From an uncultured virus (IMG/VR IMGVR_UViG_3300025138_000031) (lineage: Duplodnaviria; Heunggongvirae; Uroviricota; Caudoviricetes): DNA of 20,000 bases. Made by a program: the position numbers and the translations under genes. The number at the start of each line of letters is the position of its first letter. The first letter of the stretch is position 1. This document shows, piece by piece, positions 10,118 through 16,730 of the stretch. The notes under the pieces were generated by a model that saw nothing but the letters and a program-made list of their open reading frames with translations, was not told where the DNA came from and ran no database searches. Where the stretch lies: IMG/VR virus record IMGVR_UViG_3300025138_000031; one strand, written 5' to 3'.

Positions 10118-10531
10118 ATGAAAAAGGTTTTGTTGTTTATTCTAGCATTGTTTATTACCTCAACTATACAAGGTCAACAGTGGGTTAGTGATGATAGCTT
10201 TACTGATGAAATAAACGGACATTCAGGTGATCAAGATGAAGATATAGTTATTATAGAGTTTTGGGCAGAATTTAATAAAGACAATGCTTTTGTAGAGTGG
10301 AAGAAGGTAGATGACCTTGACGGTGTAAAATATTTAAGAGCTAACATAGCCCTTTGCCCATCATTAAAAAAAGAATTTAGAATTAGAATGGTGCCCACTA
10401 TATTAATTTTTTCAGGAGGAGACGCATTTATAAAGTTCAAAGCTAAAGCCGGTCTAGACCTCCTATGCCCTGTAGACTATCCTAGGATGGTCAGAGCAAT
10501 AGAGGTTGTTAGACGAGAAGCTTCTTACTAG
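10118..10531 (+). CDS. Exported thioredoxin-fold protein lacking the CxxC motif (137 aa)
   Basis: Signal peptide MKKVLLFILALFITSTIQG|Q. Thioredoxin pattern VSDDSF...IVIIEFWAEFN (where FWAxWCxxC is expected) ...LKKEFRIRMVPTILIF with the cis-Pro position retained. Confidence 0.7.
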   Translation: MKKVLLFILALFITSTIQGQQWVSDDSFTDEINGHSGDQDEDIVIIEFWAEFNKDNAFVEWKKVDDLDGVKYLRANIALCPSLKKEFRIRMVPTILIFSGGDAFIKFKAKAGLDLLCPVDYPRMVRAIEVVRREASY

Positions 10532-12153
10532 CCTTCACAGCTAGAGCATTCCAAAATATTTCTTGCAAAATCTTGAGCACTACTTTTACTAAATTGATAG
10601 TATAAAGTTTTTACTCCTTCCTCCCAAGCATATAAATACAATTGATTAATCTGTTTAGCAGATACTGATGGGTCAATCATTAGGTTTAGTGACTGTGACT
10701 GATCAATATACTTTTGTCTTTGTGCTGCCTGCAAAACAAGTTCTTTAGGTGTAATCTCAACAAAAGATTTAAATACAGCTTTGGTAGGAAAGTTTAAGTG
10801 TTGGACACTACCATCTTTTTTTAAGATAGACTTCCAGGTCTTATCTGTATTAAGATCATACTTATCAAGCTCTGCCTCTAGAAAAGGGTTTTTATACACT
10901 GTTTTAGATTTAGCAAGATCCTTAATAAAATAATTAGACTTGATAGGCTCTATACCCATAGACACAGCACCATGTATAAAAGAACTAGACTTTGTAGGAG
11001 CTATAGCCATAAGAGTAGTATTAGCATAACCTTCTCTCAAAGATCTGTATCCCCATGCACCATGCAACTTTCTTGATGCAATTTCACTTCTATCTTTTAG
11101 AGTCCTAAATATTTCTGAGTTAAGTTGTTTAGCTTCAAGTGACTCAAACTCTATTAACTTAGATTGAAATAAAGAATGGTATCCTAACACACCTAAGCCA
11201 ATTGCTCTATGTTTCTCAGCAAAATTAAAGGCTCTCTTCATCCCAGGCATTGTCTCTGCTTTAATAATAAACTCATCCATTACTGCATTTAAAAAGTATA
11301 CATATGTTTGTATAGCATCTGTTTCTTTTATTTCATCCCAATGTAAAAGGTTAATAGATCCTAAACAACAAACAAAAGAGTTATAACTATCTGTTGGTAA
11401 TTGTATTTCAGAACATAGGTTAGATGCTGTAATATCTAAACCTAGATCTTTATATGGAGAATTGTTATTAGAATTATCTTTAAACATTATATAAGGATAA
11501 CCAAACTCAGATCTACGTTGTATGATTTTAGCCCACACTTTACGTTTTTTTCTGTCTCCTTCTTTCATTTCTTCCATCCACTTATCTGTGACAGTAATAC
11601 CATACTGTAGGTTCTGTATAGGATTGCCTTCAGTACCTATGTCTAGAAACTCTTCTATGTCAGCATGCTCTACAGGTAAGTACACTGCACATGCACCACG
11701 TCTTGCCTCAGACTGTTTACAAACATCTACAACTGTATCATACATTCTAGCATAATGTATAGGGCCATCAGCATGACCACCTGTAGATATTTCACTTCCT
11801 CTAGGTCTAATGTTTCCAAGGTATGCACTTGTTCCTCCACCATACTTAGACATCATTCCAATTTCACGGCCTGCATTAAGTATACTATCTAAGTTATCAT
11901 CTATGTTAGAACCATAACAACTAATAGGTAGTCCTTTCTGCTTGCCAAAGTTAATCCATACAGGAGTAGACAGAGAGAAAAAACCTCTTGCCATATAATC
12001 CTCAAACTTTTCAGCAAAGCCTTTGATGTTTAAATATTTTTCTGCCTTGATGGCAATGTCTTTAATTCTTTGTTCAGGTGTTTCTGTTATATATCCTCTT
12101 GATAAGAAGGTTCTGCTATCATCATTTAGCCAGTAATACTTTTTATATTCCAT
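10528..12153 (-). CDS. nrdA: Ribonucleotide reductase class I alpha subunit, short form without an ATP cone (NrdAi / class Id-like)
   Basis: Motifs LSTPVWINFG, LPISC, GGGT, RRGA, SNLCSEI (thiyl-radical Cys), FVCCLGS, RAIGLG, MAIAPTKSSS, QKYIDQSQSLN, KTLYY and C-terminal CSSCEG. Start placed at ATG 12153 (MEYKKYYW, preceded by aaaaaaaccaat) rather than 12177, which overlaps nrdB. Confidence 0.95.
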   Translation of the reverse strand: MEYKKYYWLNDDSRTFLSRGYITETPEQRIKDIAIKAEKYLNIKGFAEKFEDYMARGFFSLSTPVWINFGKQKGLPISCYGSNIDDNLDSILNAGREIGMMSKYGGGTSAYLGNIRPRGSEISTGGHADGPIHYARMYDTVVDVCKQSEARRGACAVYLPVEHADIEEFLDIGTEGNPIQNLQYGITVTDKWMEEMKEGDRKKRKVWAKIIQRRSEFGYPYIMFKDNSNNNSPYKDLGLDITASNLCSEIQLPTDSYNSFVCCLGSINLLHWDEIKETDAIQTYVYFLNAVMDEFIIKAETMPGMKRAFNFAEKHRAIGLGVLGYHSLFQSKLIEFESLEAKQLNSEIFRTLKDRSEIASRKLHGAWGYRSLREGYANTTLMAIAPTKSSSFIHGAVSMGIEPIKSNYFIKDLAKSKTVYKNPFLEAELDKYDLNTDKTWKSILKKDGSVQHLNFPTKAVFKSFVEITPKELVLQAAQRQKYIDQSQSLNLMIDPSVSAKQINQLYLYAWEEGVKTLYYQFSKSSAQDFARNILECSSCEG

Positions 12154-12163
12154 ATTGGTTTTT

Positions 12164-13141
12164 TTAAAAGAGATCATCTAAGGTGATACTCTTGCTTTTT
12201 TTATTATAGTCTACACTCTTTTTGTAAAAGAAGTCTCCCTCTTTTGTTCCAGTGATTTCTATGTCAAACCACTCTACTGATTTCAATAAATCTTCATTGA
12301 CATTAAAGATTGGTTTCATACCTATCTTTTCTAATGAATTATTAAATCTATTTTTTATAAAGTGACGTATAGTTTCTTTAGGTAAGAAACTTAATTCACC
12401 TTGCTCAAATATCCAATCAAGGATACCACACTCTGCTTCATATGCTTTTCTACATGCAGAATCAATAAGCTCTTCAAACTCTGAGTCAAACCATTCAGGG
12501 TTTTCTTTTTTAATAATATTAATTATCTCAGCACCAAAGTTACCGTGTATCTCTTCCTCTTTACTGGTAGCTTCAACAACGTTAGATATACCTTTGAGTA
12601 CATTCATTTCTTTGTTAAAACTCATCATAATTAAGAACTGACTAAATAAACTTACATGCTCTATAAATAAAGAAAATAACAATACAGATTTAGTATACAT
12701 TTTGTTATCTCTAGATCTAGTACCATCTAGATACTTTCTTAAGTACTTGATTCTGTTTGCAATAGCAGGTTCTTCTACAACATTTTTAAACTCATCTTCA
12801 AGACCAAGGATTCTAAGCAGTCTTGCATAAGCATCTTTGTGTCTTACCTCTGACTCTGCAAAGGTAAAGCCTACATCTCCTACCTCAGTGATTGGCATTC
12901 TTTTATATAGGTCTCCCCAGAATGTTTTGACATTAACTTCAATCTGAGCAATTGCTAGCATTGTTTTCTTTATAACATCTTTCTGGTTAGAGTTTATATT
13001 AATTTTAAAATCTTGTATATCTTCAGTAAAATTAAATTCTGTATCAATCCAATAAGAATGTCTAATAGCATCTTTATATGCTAATAGTTGTGGGTATTCA
13101 TATGGCAGGATATTTACTCTAGGTTCAAAGATGTTTTTCAT
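12164..13141 (-). CDS. nrdB: Ribonucleotide reductase class I beta subunit, class Id (NrdBi)-like
   Basis: Ferritin-like ligand set AIAQIEVNVKTFW, ESEVRHKDAY, FIEHVSLFSQF, EEEIHG; C-terminal DFFYKKSVDY...DDLF. Confidence 0.95.
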   Translation of the reverse strand: MKNIFEPRVNILPYEYPQLLAYKDAIRHSYWIDTEFNFTEDIQDFKININSNQKDVIKKTMLAIAQIEVNVKTFWGDLYKRMPITEVGDVGFTFAESEVRHKDAYARLLRILGLEDEFKNVVEEPAIANRIKYLRKYLDGTRSRDNKMYTKSVLLFSLFIEHVSLFSQFLIMMSFNKEMNVLKGISNVVEATSKEEEIHGNFGAEIINIIKKENPEWFDSEFEELIDSACRKAYEAECGILDWIFEQGELSFLPKETIRHFIKNRFNNSLEKIGMKPIFNVNEDLLKSVEWFDIEITGTKEGDFFYKKSVDYNKKSKSITLDDLF

Positions 13142-13161
13142 AATAGTAATTTATAAGGGTT

Positions 13162-13197
13162 AAAAAAGCTGCACATCCACTGAAGAGTTGTGCAGCT
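13162..13197 (-). terminator. Intrinsic terminator-like hairpin in the nrdB leader
   Basis: Perfect 9-bp inverted repeat AGCTGCACA (13167-13175) / TGTGCAGCT (13189-13197), followed on the minus strand by a U-run (A6 at 13162-13167 on plus). Confidence 0.6.
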
Positions 13198-13241
13198 ACT
13201 TGGTATATATAATGTAATAAATTTTGATTAGACAGAAAAGT

Positions 13242-13430
13242 CTAAGCCAGCAATTTTACATAAGTTATTGTAAAAAAAATAAATCCTAATTCCAGGCCAC
13301 CTATTGAACGGTACTGTTCATCACTACAAAGTACTTCACAATTAATGATTCTAATACCAAATAAAGTTTCTGTAGGAAGAAATTCAATGTTTAATTTATG
13401 TTTGAAATTAAGATGATTTATTTTATCCAT
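13242..13430 (-). CDS. Small beta-strand-rich hypothetical protein (62 aa)
   Basis: ATG start; fills the gap upstream of nrdB on the same strand; shares the upstream motif TAACCCTTA with nrdB; hydrophobic C-terminal strands LELGFIFFTITY. Confidence 0.65.
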   Translation of the reverse strand: MDKINHLNFKHKLNIEFLPTETLFGIRIINCEVLCSDEQYRSIGGLELGFIFFTITYVKLLA

Positions 13431-13469
13431 ATGTTATATGTTAAGGGTTAATGTTTAATTTAGTGATTA

Positions 13470-13578
13470 AAATTTTGTATATTATATACATAAGTTTGAT
13501 CTCTAAGCTTTACAAAGATAGCATTAATATGTGTCAATGAGTTGCTTAAGTGATACAAAATTTGTATATTATTTATAT
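13470..13578 (+). promoter_or_regulatory. Two copies of a putative phage promoter (TTTGTATATTAT) upstream of the rightward small-gene/structural operon
   Basis: aaattttgtatattatatac (13470-13489) and aaaatttgtatattatttatat (13557-13578). Confidence 0.5.
13513..13520 (-). promoter_or_regulatory. Bacteroidota primary-sigma -7 box (TAnnTTTG) pointing toward the 62-aa/nrdB/nrdA cassette
   Basis: Minus strand reads TATCTTTG at 13520-13513 in the divergent intergenic region. No well-spaced -33 TTTG was found. Confidence 0.45.
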
Positions 13579-13599
13579 AGTGTAAAAAATAAGGTTATT

Positions 13600-13854
13600 A
13601 TGTTTAAAAAATTTATAAATGTATTATGGACATATAGTGCTCAAGATTATTGGAGAGCTGTATGGTCTAAAACATCAGTTGATGAAAAAGCTGAAAAGAC
13701 TTTGGTAGAAATAGTTAAACGCTATAAGCTTACAGCTGCTGAGTTAGCTGATGTAGGTAGAGCAATCAAAGAAGTTGGTAGTCAACTTGGAGACCTTGGT
13801 GGTGCAGTTAAAGGTAAAGCCAGAAAAGGTAGAAAGAAAAAAGAGAGTAAGTAA
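13600..13854 (+). CDS. Hypothetical helical protein with a basic C-terminal tail (84 aa)
   Basis: ATG at 13600 (MFKKFINVLW) downstream of the promoter-like motif is preferred to the track's GTG at 13531; amphipathic helices; tail KGKARKGRKKKESK. Confidence 0.75.
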   Translation: MFKKFINVLWTYSAQDYWRAVWSKTSVDEKAEKTLVEIVKRYKLTAAELADVGRAIKEVGSQLGDLGGAVKGKARKGRKKKESK

Positions 13855-13988
13855 TGGCCAAAATATTAACGGGGAATTATGTTAAACCTTCAAGAAGGAA
13901 AAGACCAGGCATACACTCAAAGACAAAAGCTTCTAATTTAAAAGGGAGTAAAAATTATTTAAAACAATATAAAGGTCAAGGAAGATGA
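13854..13988 (+). CDS. Small basic protein ending YKGQGR (44 aa), not in the ORF track
   Basis: MAKILTGNYVKPSRRKRPGIHSKTKASNLKGSKNYLKQYKGQGR. TAATG overlap with the upstream gene and ATGA overlap with the downstream gene. The G-x-H-x-K...Y(R/K)GQG(R/K) pattern is one I recognise from small phage proteins. Confidence 0.8.
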   Translation: MAKILTGNYVKPSRRKRPGIHSKTKASNLKGSKNYLKQYKGQGR

Positions 13989-14086
13989 GAAATATTTGTA
14001 TACTAATTAAGTGGTTAACCTTTGGCAAAGTTTGCTTGGGGCATTGTAAAAAGGAAGTTTGTAAAAAATCTAAATGTAAAGACTAA
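13985..14086 (+). CDS. Cys-rich basic micro-protein (33 aa), not in the ORF track
   Basis: MRNICILIKWLTFGKVCLGHCKKEVCKKSKCKD; coupled on both sides (ATGA at 13985-13988, TAATG at 14084-14088). Confidence 0.7.
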   Translation: MRNICILIKWLTFGKVCLGHCKKEVCKKSKCKD

Positions 14087-14229
14087 TGGACTGGCAACTA
14101 GAGATAGCATTTCACTGGCCTCACAATAGATTTGCATTAGGTTGGGAATATATTGCAAAAGATGAAGAGTATGATTATAGTACAATTAAATTGTATCTAG
14201 TAATAGCAACATTAACTTTTGATTATTAA
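14086..14229 (+). CDS. Aromatic, beta-strand-rich micro-protein (47 aa), not in the ORF track
   Basis: MDWQLEIAFHWPHNRFALGWEYIAKDEEYDYSTIKLYLVIATLTFDY; TAATG-coupled start; stop 8 nt before the next ATG. Confidence 0.75.
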   Translation: MDWQLEIAFHWPHNRFALGWEYIAKDEEYDYSTIKLYLVIATLTFDY

Positions 14230-14237
14230 AAAGAATA

Positions 14238-14426
14238 ATGGGTAAGAATAAAAATAGTTTAGTGGTAGGAAAGCTTTCAAGACAAAAGTCAAAACTTCTT
14301 ATGAGATCAGGCGGTGAATTAGCTGAGATGGTAATGGGAAGTATTGAAAAGTTTTCTAAAGGGGGAAAGAAAAAACTAGGTGGAGGAACGCATAATACAT
14401 ATAGTGGTAAAAGCAAAAAGAAATGA
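14238..14426 (+). CDS. Small basic Gly/Lys-rich protein with xxGG motifs (62 aa)
   Basis: ATG start; ATGA overlap with the next gene; motifs MRSGG, FSKGG, KKLGG. Confidence 0.7.
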   Translation: MGKNKNSLVVGKLSRQKSKLLMRSGGELAEMVMGSIEKFSKGGKKKLGGGTHNTYSGKSKKK

Positions 14427-15541
14427 ACATTTTAACTGACATACTAAGTTTAATTAAACGTGGAGTATATGCTGAGAAAGCAGGGGTTAATGATGTTTTA
14501 GTTTTAGGTGTCAATGAAGAACCTGAAATGACAGGTGTGGCATCTCCTATACCATATAAAAGTGTTAAGCTTATAAAAGTAAAAGATTTTAAGGTTGCTG
14601 CTTCTAACTGTGAGTATAAAAACTCTCCTACAGTTCCTGCATCAGGTACTGGACAAGTATATCAGAAAACTGATATTGATGCAACAACACAAGCCTGCAC
14701 TGTTTTTTTTAGATCTCTAAAGTCAATGAGCAGCAACCTAACTCTTGCAACATCATCTGATGATAATTATATAGAAATAACAACAGAGGGTGAGCCAAAT
14801 CTTGCAGCTAATGTTGGAAGTGGAGCAGAAGTATGGAAAAATAAAGTTGGTGAAACATTAAACTTTAGAAGTATAGTACAGGGAAGCAATATAAGTGTAG
14901 CACAAAGTACAAATGAAATATCACTTAGTGTTCCTGCAGGTGGAGGTTTAAGCCTAACTACAACCGGAACATCTGGAGCAGCAACATTAAGCAGTGGTGT
15001 TTTAAATATCCCCAACTATGCAACAGGCGGTGGTGGTGGTATGACAAGCTTTAATGTATATGATGAGAATCCAGGTGGTGCAGGACCAGGCTTTACTGTA
15101 AATGATTCAGATAATGTTTTATTTTGGGGACGTAATGGAGTAGGAACAATAACTGGTGTTCCTTTAGGTTCAACAGCTAATCCTAAGTCAGTAGCAGTAG
15201 GATTAGATCATTATTATAAAGCATATGTATGTAAGATAAGTCAAAGTCTTACTAATGACCCAACAGAGACTATAGTATATAATGACACAGGATTAACATT
15301 AACATGGTCAAGAGTGGGTATAGGACAATATAGAGCAACTTGGTCTACACCAATAACTGCTGGAGATGACTTTGTAATAAACCCTATGCCAGTATTTAAA
15401 AATGCTCCTAACAGTATAAATGTAATTGCGGCTACTAATTCTAGTTTTACAGTAGTTACTAATAAGCTTGATTTAAATTTAGCACCTGAAGAAGATAGTG
15501 TATTAGAAAATACACCAATAGAAATAAGAATTTATCAATAA
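14423..15541 (+). CDS. Modular virion fibre/structural protein (372 aa)
   Basis: Gly/Thr/Ser/Asn-rich. Duplicated GxGxV...FRS(L/I) module, a SLTTTGTSGAATLSSGVLNIPNY module and a C-terminal beta domain ending TPIEIRIYQ. N-terminus is similar to that of the 17407 protein. Confidence 0.65.
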   Translation: MNILTDILSLIKRGVYAEKAGVNDVLVLGVNEEPEMTGVASPIPYKSVKLIKVKDFKVAASNCEYKNSPTVPASGTGQVYQKTDIDATTQACTVFFRSLKSMSSNLTLATSSDDNYIEITTEGEPNLAANVGSGAEVWKNKVGETLNFRSIVQGSNISVAQSTNEISLSVPAGGGLSLTTTGTSGAATLSSGVLNIPNYATGGGGGMTSFNVYDENPGGAGPGFTVNDSDNVLFWGRNGVGTITGVPLGSTANPKSVAVGLDHYYKAYVCKISQSLTNDPTETIVYNDTGLTLTWSRVGIGQYRATWSTPITAGDDFVINPMPVFKNAPNSINVIAATNSSFTVVTNKLDLNLAPEEDSVLENTPIEIRIYQ

Positions 15542-15545
15542 AATT

Positions 15546-15956
15546 ATGCCAAACTTTATAACAAAATTATTTTCAAGCGGAGCAACTAAATTAGTTGAAG
15601 GAATAGGTGGTGTCTTAGATGAGCTTATTACTTCTAAAGATGAAAAGCTAGCAGCTGAATTAAAGATAAAAGAATTAGTAGCAAAACATGAAGCAGAAAT
15701 GGAAAAAGAAATTTCTTCTAGATGGGCTGCTGATATGACCAGTGATAGCTGGCTATCAAAGAATGTTAGACCTATGGTTCTTATTTTCTTAGTAGTGTCA
15801 ACAGTATTATTAGTATTTATAGATGCAGGAGTAATTGAGTTTGAAGTAAAAGCTAGTTGGGTAGATCTACTACAACTGGTTTTAATAACAGTAATAGGAG
15901 CCTACTTTGGTGGAAGGTCAATTGAAAAAGTTAGAAAAAATAAAGATGGGAAATAA
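15546..15956 (+). CDS. Putative holin (GTA_holin_3TM-like, 136 aa)
   Basis: N-terminal amphipathic/coiled segment, RWAADMTSDSWLSKNVRP, two hydrophobic helices, GAYFGGRSIEK and a basic tail. Confidence 0.7.
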   Translation: MPNFITKLFSSGATKLVEGIGGVLDELITSKDEKLAAELKIKELVAKHEAEMEKEISSRWAADMTSDSWLSKNVRPMVLIFLVVSTVLLVFIDAGVIEFEVKASWVDLLQLVLITVIGAYFGGRSIEKVRKNKDGK

Positions 15957-16236
15957 GAAATCAAGAAATAAAAAACGCATGCAAGCATATGCTAAAGGAG
16001 GTGGTCTTATGGGCTATACTACAGGTGGTAGTGTTTTGGATGAAAAACAACTTGGTGGAATAGTTAAAGCTGTTAAACCTTTTATAAAGAAAGCTGCAAG
16101 TAAACTAAAAAAAATCTATACAGACTATAAAGGAACAACTTATGATCCAAAGTTATTAGAAAATACAGGATATGCTAGAAAAGTAGATCTTGAACAAGGA
16201 ATTAAAAATAGAAAACAAGCAACGGGATCAAATTAA
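15946..16236 (+). CDS. Small basic protein with xxGG motifs (96 aa)
   Basis: ATG at 15946 (MGNKKSRNKK) preferred to TTG 15907; motifs YAKGG, YTTGG, KQLGG. Confidence 0.7.
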   Translation: MGNKKSRNKKRMQAYAKGGGLMGYTTGGSVLDEKQLGGIVKAVKPFIKKAASKLKKIYTDYKGTTYDPKLLENTGYARKVDLEQGIKNRKQATGSN

Positions 16237-16261
16237 TATTAACAATTTAAAATTAGAAATT

Positions 16262-16513
16262 ATGGGAAAAGCAAAAGTAGTAAAGTATCAAGGTGGAGGT
16301 GGATTCACTTACGGAGCAGGAGATGGTGACATTACTCCACAAAAAGCAAACATGGAATCAATGGCCAAAGGTGGTGGTTTAATGGGCTTCACAACTGGTG
16401 GGGGTGTCATGGACGGAATGATGGATAAGAAAGGAAAAGGTGGTGGTACCGGAAAAGGTAATGCTAGAAAAAACAAACCACCAGGTAGTAGACTGGCTTA
16501 TGACGCACTATAA
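16262..16513 (+). CDS. Small Gly/Lys/Met-rich protein with xxGG motifs (83 aa)
   Basis: ATG at 16262 (MGKAKVVKY) preferred to TTG 16190; motifs YQGGG, MAKGG, FTTGG, KGKGG. Confidence 0.7.
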   Translation: MGKAKVVKYQGGGGFTYGAGDGDITPQKANMESMAKGGGLMGFTTGGGVMDGMMDKKGKGGGTGKGNARKNKPPGSRLAYDAL

Positions 16514-16516
16514 AAA

Positions 16517-16729
16517 ATGCCAGCTAAAAAGAAATCAGCTTCTAAGAAGAACTGGATAAAAGGAGCAATTAAAAAGCCAGGTGCTTTAAAAGCTACTGCT
16601 AAAAGAGCAGGGGCAATGAAAGCTGATGGAACTATTAAGAAAAGCTGGCTTAGGGAAAAGGCAAAAGGGACTGGTAAGACAGCACAACGTGCTAGGCTTG
16701 CTTTAACTTTAGGTAAAATGAAAAAATAA
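16517..16729 (+). CDS. Small highly basic phage protein (70 aa), possible nucleic-acid-binding core protein
   Basis: NWIKGAIKKPGAL...RARLALTL is a pattern I recognise from small basic phage proteins; very Lys/Ala-rich. Confidence 0.8.
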   Translation: MPAKKKSASKKNWIKGAIKKPGALKATAKRAGAMKADGTIKKSWLREKAKGTGKTAQRARLALTLGKMKK

Positions 16730-16730
16730 T

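Noticed and set aside
10118..10531. Thioredoxin serving as the electron donor of the adjacent RNR
   Set aside because: It lacks CxxC, carries a signal peptide (so would be exported), and is on the opposite strand in a different operon.
10528..13141. Intron, intein or homing endonuclease in nrdA or nrdB
   Set aside because: Both ORFs are continuous and compact, with all motifs at normal spacing.
13505..13540. Classical sigma70 promoter using TTGACA at 13537-13532 on the minus strand
   Set aside because: No TATAAT-like -10 at 16-18 nt spacing, and the TTG is too close (14 nt) to serve as the -33 of the TAnnTTTG box.
155..16261. Track start codons at 155, 12177, 13531, 15907 and 16190
   Set aside because: 155 is internal to an ORF open from the window edge. 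The others overlap neighbouring genes or promoter motifs, and downstream ATGs (12153, 13600, 15946, 16262) have typical A-rich leaders.
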